A DNA stretch of 64,000 nucleotides, from positions 1 to 64,000 of the forward strand of contig DF237365.1 in the NCBI GenBank assembly GCA_000708835.1, in the 5' to 3' direction. Positions 1 to 15,330 of the stretch are shown here, in pieces; positions within the stretch are counted from its first letter, which is position 1, and each line of letters begins with the position of its first letter. This DNA is from Klebsormidium nitens. Taxonomy: Eukaryota; Plantae; Klebsormidiophyceae. The position numbers and the translations under genes are program-made. A model generated the notes under the pieces. The model did not search any database and was not told the origin of the DNA. It was given only the letters and a program-made list of their open reading frames with translations.

Positions 1-444
1 AAAAAAACTCTTGTGTGAAATTAAAAAAACTATTTCATGGCGCCGGAGGATGAACGAAATTAAGTTTTCACACCAAAGATGGTGCGAATTCCCTTGGCGG
101 TACGGTAATTCTTAAAAGTTCTGAATCTTGGCGCGTAACGAGCACTCCCAACTTGAATTGTCTGATGTGATGTATGTATGTATGTCCTGCCTTTCGCTTG
201 TTGACGTTGATCATGGCCTTTCGCCCAGGCTTGCTTCCAAAACTTCCAAGCATGCTTCAACTGCTTCAAGTTTTAATGGTCTACACCAAGGTGGCAGGGG
301 GCGCCTTGACATTCTGCTGTTGGTTGCCAGGTCAACTTGATTGCAGATCGCAGTGTGGAGTCCCAAGAAGGGCGATCAAAGCACGCAGACCTGCCCTTTC
401 AAATTTATGAATGCAGCCGGTGTGCGAGCTGGCCAGGCTTGAAG

Positions 445-3400
445 ATGGCGCTTCTGAGTCGCTTGAGTGTGGCACCCGATTCGCTTGGCAAGCGGAAAAG
501 GGAGCTTGACACCCGATTCAACAGTCCCTTGAAAAAGCTGGCATCGAACGCCGCTATCAGAAGCGCTCTGACTACCTTTCCAGCTTCGCCTTACCTGAAT
601 CAGATTGCTAAGAACAGTCCTTCATCTGGCTTGGCAAGTGCACTGCAGTTGAGCAATAGAGTTTTACCTTCCACAAGCTTTGCCCCCAGGCCTTTGCGTT
701 CTGTCTTCCAGCAGCCTTCTCCCATCTTCTATCCAGAGAGCATCCCCTCTGCCCTAAGAGCGCCTCCAGAGGTTTCAACCACAGCTGTCACGGTGCGTGC
801 ACCAAGCGGTCCAAGACACGCAAACGGAGATCTGGACTTGGGGCGCCTGGGGGGTGGCAAAGTCTCTGCAGAAGCATACAAAACTGCCAGGCTGCAGGCG
901 CAGGTTCGGCAATTACAAGAGCGTCTTCACATGGTCCATGAAGAGGTGGTCCACTTGCAGAATCATGTCCGGGGAAGTCAAGAGAAGAAACAGAGTTGGT
1001 ACGGGGACATCCTTCGAAAAGTGCGGGAGAGTGCCGATCTGCGGAGACAGGTGACGGGAGTACATACGGAAGCAAGTGCAGAAAGAGGTAAATCAAAGAT
1101 GTCAGAGCGTGAGGATGCAGAAGGGACTTCCCATGGGCTGTCTGAAGCAAGGGAAACTGCGGAAGATCGAGGTATGAACACGCAGACTACAACATATGTT
1201 GCATGATTGTCATTGCTTGTGATTTTGTTGCCAGGAGGGTTGGCAGCTCGGAATGAATATTGCCCAATGCTCAGCATGCAATGGATGGACTGCTGCCCAG
1301 GTGACACTGCTGACCGGCGGTGCGCCTTCAGTCCGCTTTGTGACGATTGCGAGCGCCACCGCTCAGCGCACTTTACCACCACTCATCAAGTTCTTCTTGG
1401 CAAGCAAGTAACCCTGCCAATCTCCTGAGCAGCTTTCTTGCAATTGCCTTTGTCAAACACATTTAACCCTGGTGAAGACCTGTGGACTAGTATGGTTCCT
1501 GCCCTTTTGGATTCAGGAGAAGCTGAAGGCGGGGCTGGGGGCGGGGCTGAGCGCCCCAGCAAGAGCCTTTCTGGAGCCGCAGAAGTGGCCTCGGTGTCCA
1601 CCTTCTTACAGCGACTGCGTGACTTGAGGCTGGATGACCACAAGCAGCGGTCGCGCGACCTGGAGATCCAGCTCAAGGAGGCTGAGCTGGCAGTGCAGAA
1701 GCAGCAGCGCCTGAGGGATGAGGAGGAGGTACGACCTTGCGCCCCCGGCTAGGGCACTATGAGGACTTCGAAGCTGGCTTGTGTGGCTTTCCACGGCTGT
1801 TCTGAAAAAGTCCGACTTACTGTTGCATGCCCTCATTGTCCTTCAAATATAATCACAGATTGTTCCTTTAGGCACACCAACGTTGACTTTGACAACAGCA
1901 CACGCCTGGCGGCCTTAGATCCCAAACTAGACGGGCATTATTTGGGTACACCAGACTGCGACTACCGATGGAGGTTGCTGGGTTTAGACTTTGATGTATC
2001 GAGTGCCCACTGACCTCTGTTGCATGTGTCCCAGGTTGAGGAGGAAGAGGAGGTCACTGAGGAGCTTGAGGAGGAAGAAGAGGTTACTGAGGAAGTGACT
2101 GACGAGGAAGAAGAGGAGACAGACGAGGAGGTAGAAGAAGAGGGATATGTGAGCGGACAACTCTGGAGGGATCCCTCAGAGTTTGTGAACCCTCAAACGA
2201 TTACACTGAACATCGTGCACAGAGGGGATTGTGTGAGGCGCGCCGATATCGTGATTTCCAACGGAAGTTGGATGCCAGCTCAAAGCCTCTCAGAGGAGAT
2301 AATCTTAGAAATCGTTGGCCCATTGGCTATGTATGTGAGTGGACCCGACTTAAGGAATTGCTTTAACGGTAGTTTATTCAAGCAAGCATGCGAATACCTC
2401 CTTCTGCAGGTTGCGGTGCCCTTAACCGAAGAGGATGACGAGTTGGTGGACGAAATATTACACAATCCCCCCAGGTGAGATCTCAACACCCGCACAGGCA
2501 CATTAAGCATTGATTTCTTGAAGCTTCGGAAGTGCGTTTATATTTGACCTGAGAAAAGCATTCTCCTCGCAAAGTTCTGGTTGCATTTTGATCAGTTTTA
2601 AGGAAAGCATCTTCGTGCCACACATTCTCATGGGCCCATAACCGTCCAAACTACGGGAAAACGAACGAACGAAAGCTTTCGACTTCGATGCTGTGTTCAT
2701 ATGATGAAGACTTGCTTCGAAGAGCTTGCTCAAGAACACAATCCTGATGCTGTCTCGCGTGCAGCGACGAAGTCTGCGTCGCCCACGAGCGCTCCAGCCT
2801 CCAGATTACCCAGGCCCAGATGCAGTGCTTACGCCCCGACATGTGGCTCAATGATGAGGTGCGTCTGGCCGATCACAATTTCTCCGGTTTGGTCAAACTT
2901 TGCGACTTCGTTTCCAGGACTCTAGTGTCCAGATCTGATTGTCCCTGCGTGTGTTGACTGCCGCACGTGCTGCAGCAGTGTTCCTTGACTCAACATTGAA
3001 CTAGTATGGGATTCGCACCCCTTCTCAAAAGGGTCCACGTGCTTTCTCGAAGTGTTGCCCCTGAGGGAGACGCTCTCTCTGACAGATGCCGTCACCTGAT
3101 TTGCTCCAGTCGTCACAAAGGAACGAGGACAGAAAAACCGAGCCTTGGGTGTCGCCTTGTGCGCAGGTGATCAACCTGTACATGGTGCTGCTGAAGGAGC
3201 GGGAGAGCCGCGAGGACTTTCAGGAGGAGGGGCTGCATCCCGTGTGCCACTTCTTCAACACCTTCTTCTACAACAAGGTCAGCCTTCGCCAGCACTTGAA
3301 GGGTATACGTTGCTTCTGTTGTGCTCGGCTGGTCGAGGAAACAAACCGGGGTCCGAATTCACTGCCAAAATGCGACAAGGTGAAATGAAAGAGGTTTGTA

Positions 3401-5719
3401 CGGTGTGGACTTGCTCATGGCAGGTTTATCATGTCCGCATACCTAACCACCAACAGACGGAGTCACAGATCTACTTCCACGAGCGTTTGAACTGCTATAC
3501 GCGATCAGCTTCTGTGCCTTTCTCACGCCGCCTGCCTCCCATACTTTCCGTACTCGTTCTATCGTCTCTCAGCGGTGTCAACCACTCGGTCAGGGGCGTT
3601 GCTTCGCCCCCCCCGCCCCTCGACTCCGCTTCTGACGAGACTTTGTCGAATGGGTCGTCAATAAGGGTCGCTAATGCTCACACTGGGAAGACTCTTCTCA
3701 CGTGGGCCTCACTTCTCTTTGTGTACAAAGCTCACGGTCCGTCCATGCCGCGTGCAGCTTCGGATGGATGCGCAAGAGTACGAGTACAGTCGAGTGCAGC
3801 GGTGGACGCGGCGTGTCAAATACAAGCTGGCCAAGTGCGACAAGGTGAGCTTCAGTGTCTTTCGTTCGTCGCCCTTATCCGAGAGCAGCAATTACAAGTA
3901 CGGGCTCTCTATCGCTATACGTCTCTGCCCACGAGCTTCGGTTGATAAGCTTTGTTGTGACGATGTCGACGTGCAGGCCGATACGAAAGGTTCACAAGTG
4001 CACATAACTCGTGCGGAAGTGCCGCCACTTGTCCCTCCACCATTTCCGCTTGATTGAGGGTACAAATTACACATCTTCATTTCATCCGTTCTCCCTTACG
4101 TTTGCTGTTACTTCGCGTGAAACTTACTCTAAGAAAACGGACTGTCGCCATGGAATAGCATCTGCTGTTTGGACTGTCGAAACGGGTTCGAGTGCTCCGT
4201 CCAATTTGCCGTGTGGCGAGTAATGCTGTGCTGTGGTGGCAGGTGATCGTGCCCATTCACCAGGGCATCCACTGGGCGCTCGCCGTGATCAACTTGCGGG
4301 ACCGCCGGCTCGAGTACTTTGACTCCGTCTGCGACGGCGCCGGCTTCCCCTTTTCAACAAGAGCGTCGCCCGAGACGGTACTGGAGGACTTGGTGAGAAC
4401 TGCTTCCCCCAACCCGTTGCATCAATCACAGGATTATATTTGCGTAGCGTGCCTGCTGACGGTGAAGAAAACCCTGAACATTCTGATGACACATCTAGAG
4501 CTACTATTAAAGGCCTCGAGAGCGTGGGAACAAAGAATAGAATGCTTCGAATTGTTGACATTCTAACGCAACCCCTTGGCCAAGGAATAGGGGCTAGCGC
4601 TGCTCGTTCCACCGCGGCTCTTATTTGCTGGAGTCTTGTTCACGAAAGTTCGCCTGCGGCGATCTGTAACACGGGTCAGAGATGGCAAAAAGGATCATTA
4701 ATCTACATGGCACTTGCTGGCTGTGTTTGAAGATATGTTCCCGTCCAAGTAGGTGCGGTTCCCTTTTTGATTAGCCAACTTTCCCCACGCTGAAAGAGAT
4801 TTCAGTCCTACGCAGCCTTCCTGTGTTGCCACTGCTCAGACCGTTTGCCGCAACATGTGCTACTTTTCGTGCGACACTTTGCAACAAGTTGTCACCTTTG
4901 AGACCTCGTCAGAACGGTAAACCCAACGCACTGATGGCAATCGAAGTTATCCGTGCAGGCCCAGTATATTATGGACGAGGCGGAAGACAAGGGCACCGGC
5001 CCGATCGACACCAGTGACTGGGAACGGGTTTACCACACGGACAAGCCCCAGCAAGGAAACAAGTAAGCTACCACAACGGAACTATTTTCTCCAATCAGCC
5101 GGCGGCCGAGGCGCCGGGTTAAGCCATCCAACCATCCTAGTTACAGAAATCAAATTTCGTCAGCGTCCTGATTTGCAATCGCGTCCTGGGCGATCCCGAG
5201 ATCAGTCTTAAAAGGTGCGTTTTCGAAAATTTTCCGAGCTTCTGGTACAACTACTCGTGAAGACCGATCTCGGGTTGCTGGGGTTGACTAATACGTGCCC
5301 TTCTGTGCAGTTCCGACTGCGGGATGTTTATGCTCAAGTTCGCTGACTTCGTAAGCCGGGATGCCCCAATTACCTTCTCTCAGGTAGGTTGCGAAGTCGT
5401 ACCTTTCCAAACCACTAGTTGGGAGTGACGGCGAATGTGCTCTAGATGTTGATTGTTTGGGTTGATTCCTGCTGACAAGGTAAATGCAGCCTTCAAATAT
5501 CTCTCCGATGCAGAGTAACTGCGGGAGAGATGCCCCTGTCCTCGTTCTCCGAAACATGTTGTATTGCTTGCATCATTGTCAATGGAAAGGCGCCTCTCAT
5601 GCTTTTCAATCGATCAGAGACGTTTTGCCAAAGTCGATCCTCATTGTCTTCTGCAGAAAGAGATGTGGTACTTCCGACGGAAGCTTGTCGTTGAGTTGGT
5701 GCACAAGAGGGCGGACTGA
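445..5719 (+). CDS. ULP1: SUMO-specific cysteine protease (Ulp1/SENP, peptidase C48), multi-exon
   Basis: Exons joined at GT-AG sites give LRPDMWLNDE|VINLYM...CHFFNTFFYNK (2765-2858, 3167-3277), VQRWTRRVK, VIVPIHQGIHWALAVINLRDRRLEYFDS (from ~4241), QQGN|NSDCGMFMLKFAD and a last exon KEMWYFRRKLVVELVHKRAD* (5657-5719). Catalytic His, Asp, Gln and Cys are all present. The start at ATG 445 and the N-terminal exons (445-1171, ~1517-1728) are less certain. Confidence 0.9.
2035..2145 (+). repeat. Degenerate tandem repeat encoding an acidic tract (EEEEEVTEE-like units) in the SENP N-terminal region
   Basis: GAGGAGGAAGAGGAGGTCACTGAGGAG is followed by near-copies; translation VEEEEEVTEELEEEEEVTEEVTDEEEEETDEEVEEE. 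Confidence 0.75.
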
Positions 5720-7069
5720 ACACGATTTGACGATCACCATTGGTCAGAGGAGCCCATGCGCCAAGCCAGAACATGCAACTCTGGCCATGGAGTTTTAGTG
5801 CCCGATTTTGTGAATCGCTGGCCACCGACTCCTCTTGAAAGTAACTCGTCAACCCCTGCCAAAGCGTTGAGCAAGGGAGATGGAGGCAGTGCTTACGTTA
5901 GGGCATAGCGTCAAGCAACTCTTTGGCCCTAGTCAAGGCTAGGCTTGAGCAGATGAAGAGCCAAGCGCGGAGTCTCAGGTTACCATGATTCTTACAGTAT
6001 TTGTGAGTGATTGGAACCATGATATTATGCACGCGCCGACCATGCAGCCTCAATGGGTCGCTGTATCTGTACCTTCTGGATGACACAGTTCATATTGCAT
6101 TATCTTGCGCACCTGCAAAGTTGCACATGCAATCATATTCGCCTCACTCTAAAAGCTGTCCAGCTCATCAAGCACTGATGCCGGGAGCTGAAGATATGCA
6201 GTGTCCAGTTGCATACAATTGATGACAATGATCATCCGAGGCTCAGCATGTATGCCGCTCAGGCTAAGTTTCACAGGAGTCTTGTGCATAATATCATTCA
6301 TTTAGCCTGGCGCAGCTGCATTGCTCAGGCTGACCGGCCGTTCAATTATAGGCTAGAATTACGTACGCGCGCTGGCATGATGATTTGACTTGCCGCCTAG
6401 ATCAACTAACTTAACGCCCTAGCTGCGTATAATAAGCTTACTAAGCGGGTATATCGAGCTATAGGCCATACTAGCGTTTCTTTGGGCAGCGCGACGTCCC
6501 TGTAGCCTGCAAAGTGGAAATGGTACAATTGAATACGATCGAGACGTACGGCCACTAAGTATGATGTCATAGCGTTTAGGTCAACGCGCGGTGCCCGTGC
6601 CTGCATCACCGGGCGCACGGAACGGTCTAGGAACCTTACCGAGTAATGCGCACATGGACATGCACCTCACATACAATGCATCGCGTCGTAATGATATTGA
6701 TCAGGCCCACAGGATGCTGGCATGCACACTGACGTACATACGCAGGCTCTTCGTCGGAATACGATGTGTACGTACTGGCATGTCATGATTCCTGAGTACA
6801 TACTATGATAGGCAGACCAAATGTAGACGCGGCCACCCAAATGTAGACGCGCCCCGGCACACCAGAGTGCAGCGGGGGCCCTCGTATTCTTGCAGCAGGA
6901 CGGTCAAAGGTCGAGCGAGGGCGCCCGGTCATCAGGCTTCCGATCGACACCGTTGTCAGTATCCTGTAGCGGCATGTATTCGACCAGCGCTTTCGGACTC
7001 GCAACACAACTATCAATCTCAGTGTTTGCATCCCTGCCAGCGAAATAGTAGTGCTTCTTTTCCAAGGTG

Positions 7070-11417
<4,348 letters not shown>

Positions 11418-11814
11418 GTCTGATCAGGGAAATTCCTCTGCTGGCATCTCACTACGTTGGCTGCTGATCAAAGATCAGATCAAGATCGTCACTGGGCCTC
11501 CGCACCACCACTGCACCACCACTGGATTTTGGAAAGTGTGACCCGACAATGAGAAGAAAATTTGAAGAATGACCTTTGCAGGTGACCATCATGGTGAACG
11601 TCTTGGATCAGAACTAGACGACGCATGCTTGTAATCACTTGAGAGCCCGCTCATTCGGGAAATCAATGGGCTGTTCGATCTTGAGCTTGGTACTTTAGAC
11701 GGCCTCGATTTGGTGAAAGTTCTTGTTTTAACTTTTTACTAAGACTCAGAGGCCAGGCTGAACTTTCAAGTTGAAACCCAAAAGCTTTCGGCAACAGGTC
11801 GCACCGCCGATCAT

Positions 11815-11970
11815 GCGGCGCGGCCGCGGCCCCGGCGCGGGACAGCACACTGGGCCCGCCGGCCGGGGCCGGCGCGCTGAAAAGCGCACGCGCGGGCGGC
11901 CGGCGCGGCCCCTAGCCACCGTGTGCAACGTACGTACTACCGGTAGCTAGCAGCTAGCTGCAGCTGGCGC
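11815..11970. promoter_or_regulatory. GC-rich, palindrome-rich island in the divergent spacer between serS and the PRKCSH-like gene
   Basis: 11815-11912 is almost pure G/C (GCGGCGCGGCCGCGGCCCCGGCGCG...), followed by short palindromes (TACGTA, ACCGGT, TAGCTA, CAGCTG). A regulatory role is inferred from position only. Confidence 0.35.
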
Positions 11971-12709
11971 ATTGTAATCATTGGCCTTTGAGGCTGAAGC
12001 CGTGCGTGAAGGCGCTACTTCAACCTCAGTTCAGGATCTGGATCCAATCATAGTCTAAAGCATTGCGCCTCTTTGGGAAGAGATCCTTTTGCGGAGTATA
12101 GAACTCAAATGAGTAGTTGGTTTAGAGCACCAGCGATGGAGGGCTTCCGTGTTCTGGAAAGGGAATGAATAACGTCTGCAAGCTGCCAGTATTTGTATGT
12201 ACATATCCAAAAAGGATTCAGAGTTGAATCGAAACAAGTGAAGTTCAGACCAGCTAGCAAAGGGTTCCAGACCTTCAACAGCGCTAGGAATGTAGGCATA
12301 ATAAGAGAGGGGGCTAGGGTTTTCATTCAGGTTTTGCACCATCTAAAATAGCAACAACCTTCTTGCAAAGTACTGCTTTTGCCGAATCTTGCAATTGCCA
12401 AAAGCTACCTTGAATAATTTGCAGCCTCAACGCAAGCACCATTGGATGGAACACGAGACGGCCAACGAAGTTGAGTTGCCCTTGGAATGGGGAGACGGAC
12501 TGCGGCTGGTAGATATCGCTCACGGAGCCAGGTTCTGAAGTTGCAGGCCCACTTCTTGTAGAGAAGTGGTGCATCTGGGAACTTGAGAAACAAACTGGTT
12601 GATCAGATGGCTTCATTGATTGCCTCTTCGCTTGTGCATCTCGAGAATGTGTAGCGAGGTCTTGGCCCCAGAGAACCAGCCTATATTGATAACAGGTTCC
12701 CCCGGCCCT

Positions 12710-13845
12710 ATGCTGTCGGTGGGGCGATACCACTCTGTATCGCGCTTTCGCAAAGCAGTGCAGCGCCAGTATCGCACTACAGGCCGGCAGAAGTTCTTCA
12801 CCTGCGCAAGCTTTGCTTTAGGTCAGACACCGATTTAGGCTTGTTTTAACCTTTGTCCGTCCATCAGTCTTGACATTATTTGCAATCACAGCCTTTTGTG
12901 CTGCCACTCACATTCTGCAAACCCCTGCTTAAAGTGGTGGTCAAGCTGAATTGTCGTGGCATCTTGAATTATTGCCTGGAATCGTTGGTACTGATATTGA
13001 TCGAACCCCGCTGTTGACGGCTTCTTAATTCCTTCCTTCTGCTCGTGTGATGAAGTGCCAGGTCCTAGGTCATCCAGTCTCACCTCACTCCTTTCTATGC
13101 AGGGTTGGCTCTACTACTCTACATTCTATCGTATACAATTCCAGCAGGATTGATAATTGTTTCTCAAAAAGGAGCGCGCAAAGAGCATGGACTGGCACAA
13201 GGAGGAATTGTTCAGAACAAAGAAGGACACGGCATGTTGAGGGTCAGTGTGATGGAGGCTTGTCAGAGCCTAGAAGAGCTCGTCCCCGGAGTCAGCCTTG
13301 AGAATCAAGACTTGATTTGTTGCAAAGATAGCACGCAACAGTTTTCATGCCTACAGTGGGACCCAACTTCTTCAAGAGCTGCGATCTCCAGCCTCCCTTG
13401 CGAAAGATTGAACGATGATTTTTGTGGTGAGTATCTCTGTCTGCCAAACGCCCAATTTTGATTGTATACAACAAATGCGCATACCTGATGTACTTTGAGA
13501 TCTGGTCAGAAGCAAGGGCAACAAAGAAGGGCTCTTCCTGGCACAAATGGTTTGAATATATGCGGCTTCTGATAGAATTTTTGCTGTCATCACAACTTTG
13601 TTGCTAGGTTTTTAAAACCCATCCGATCTACTGCAGATTGCATGGATGGTACAGACGAGCCAAGTACTACGGCATGTTCAGGCTTTGGAGGTAGGTTCGA
13701 ATGTAGAAAGTCACGAGAATTGATACCAACCTCACTCGTCAACGATGGAGTTTGTGATTGTTGTGACGGCTCTGACGAGTTCAGCACAATGTCAAAAGCC
13801 TATGGGAAATGTCCACATCGTTGTCTAAGAAGCGACTCGAAGTAA
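12710..13845 (+). CDS. Short glucosidase II beta-subunit-like (PRKCSH-like domain only) predicted type II membrane protein, 3 exons, ~214 aa
   Basis: Exons 12710-12821, 13103-13426 and 13637-13845 join in phase (645 nt). Basic N-terminus, hydrophobic FFTCASFALGLALLLYILSYTIPAGLIIV, then LNDDFCDCMDGTDEP...C...VNDGVCDCCDGSDE. An upstream in-frame ATG exists at 12647. Confidence 0.8.
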
Positions 13846-14357
13846 CTGACAACATTTGAAGCATCATTGTAAGGTGCGTCAATTTGCCGCGCATCACATC
13901 ATGATCTGTCCGACCATCAATGAGAGTCGCACAGACCCGTCGCATTAAGGATCTAGCTACTTTCATGGGGCGGTTTGTACCGGCAACTTCTCGGCATGCC
14001 AGTTGTGACAACCCCCTTTGCCCGCCATGCCGCTAACCATCATGGCATGGACACAGCCGGCCCGGGCTATCATGGGCTGCTGAGTCGTAAGTTGGCGGCA
14101 ATGTGCGCATGGTGTTCTCCTCAAATGATGGATTGTTGCCACAAAATCAGACTTGTTGTGAATTATCGTTTGTGACTGCCCATAGTTCGAGATGATTCAC
14201 CCGGGTCTCGGCGAAGTTCTGCTTATGTCCAACAGGGTATACAACGACCGTTCGACCCAATCTGCATGCCAAATCAACTACCGGACCGTCGAATGTGCCA
14301 GCGGCATTGAGAATCTAAATTAAGTAATTTGAAGCTGGCAACCGTGAACGGTTTGTA

Positions 14358-14736
14358 GGCCCCGGAACATGGAATAATGGAATACGGAATACCCATTTTT
14401 GGAAGCGAAAGAATCCGGAATACCCAAATTTGGGCCTTGGAATACTAGAATACAGAATACTGGGCTTTTCCGAGCATACTACACAACATGTGGCAAACAG
14501 CGGCAGAATACTTGACTTCGAACTAAAAAGACATCCAAAAGCATGCTTCGAACGAAAGAAGATTGTAGAAAAACTCACACGACAAGCGCCCTCCTTACGT
14601 AGCTTCCAAAGTGTCACAAGACACATTTACGAAACGGAATACAGAATACTTGAGCACCTTGGAATACGGAATACTCCCTTTTTTGGAACCTTGGAATACA
14701 GAATACTGGGGGTCAAGTATTCCATGTTCCGGGGCC
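14358..14736. mobile_element. MITE-like non-autonomous DNA transposon (379 bp) with perfect 19-bp terminal inverted repeats
   Basis: GGCCCCGGAACATGGAATA (14358-14376) and TATTCCATGTTCCGGGGCC (14718-14736) are exact reverse complements. 13 internal GAATAC copies. No clean target-site duplication (flanks ..TGTA / GAGG..). Confidence 0.8.
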
Positions 14737-15330
14737 GAGGTTTGATATAGAACGGGACAATAGTACAGCTCTAGATGTAAGTTTTATATTTTTTCAATGC
14801 GATAGCTCTGTTGGACGAGATTGCGGCCCCACCAGGCGTGCCGCCGTATCGATCATCACCATGAATCACGACAACCGTGTATCGAACACAGTGACACGTT
14901 TCTATACTAGTGCGATGGTCAGTGTCGGCGGTTATTTTTGACCAACTTCTATCGTCGTATTTCAGCCGTCGTCAGAAACGTGTCGCATGCACAAGCCTGA
15001 CCTCGCACTATCCAATCTTATTAGTCAAAAATTAGTTGCACACATTTGAAGGCTGGGAACGCATGGACCTTCTGCATTCGAGTGGACACATATCGAGGGT
15101 GATTGCGTTGCATGTTATAAGGACGCGTAACTATAACGTTCAAAAGGTCGGTAGTAGCAGAAGCAGCTTGGATCGCGGCTTGCTATTACTCATCATACAC
15201 ACCTCAGCCAACCTGCAAACCTGATTCCAAATTGGACAAGGCAATCCACTACGAGGTGTGGCCAATGCTCTGCAAATTGTCTTCCATACAAAATCTGCAA
15301 ATTTAGTTCTGGGACTCGGTTCATTGGACT

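Noticed and set aside
337-444. ORF-track start of the SENP gene at 337
   Set aside because: It is a TTG codon; the first in-frame ATG is at 445.
12055-13787. Series of minus-strand ORFs opposite or upstream of the PRKCSH-like gene
   Set aside because: No recognisable motifs and no consistent splice chain; the plus strand explains most of the region.
14358-14736. GAATAC repeats as a CRISPR-like array
   Set aside because: Units are only 6-7 bp, irregularly spaced, enclosed by TIRs, and there are no cas genes; the context is eukaryotic.
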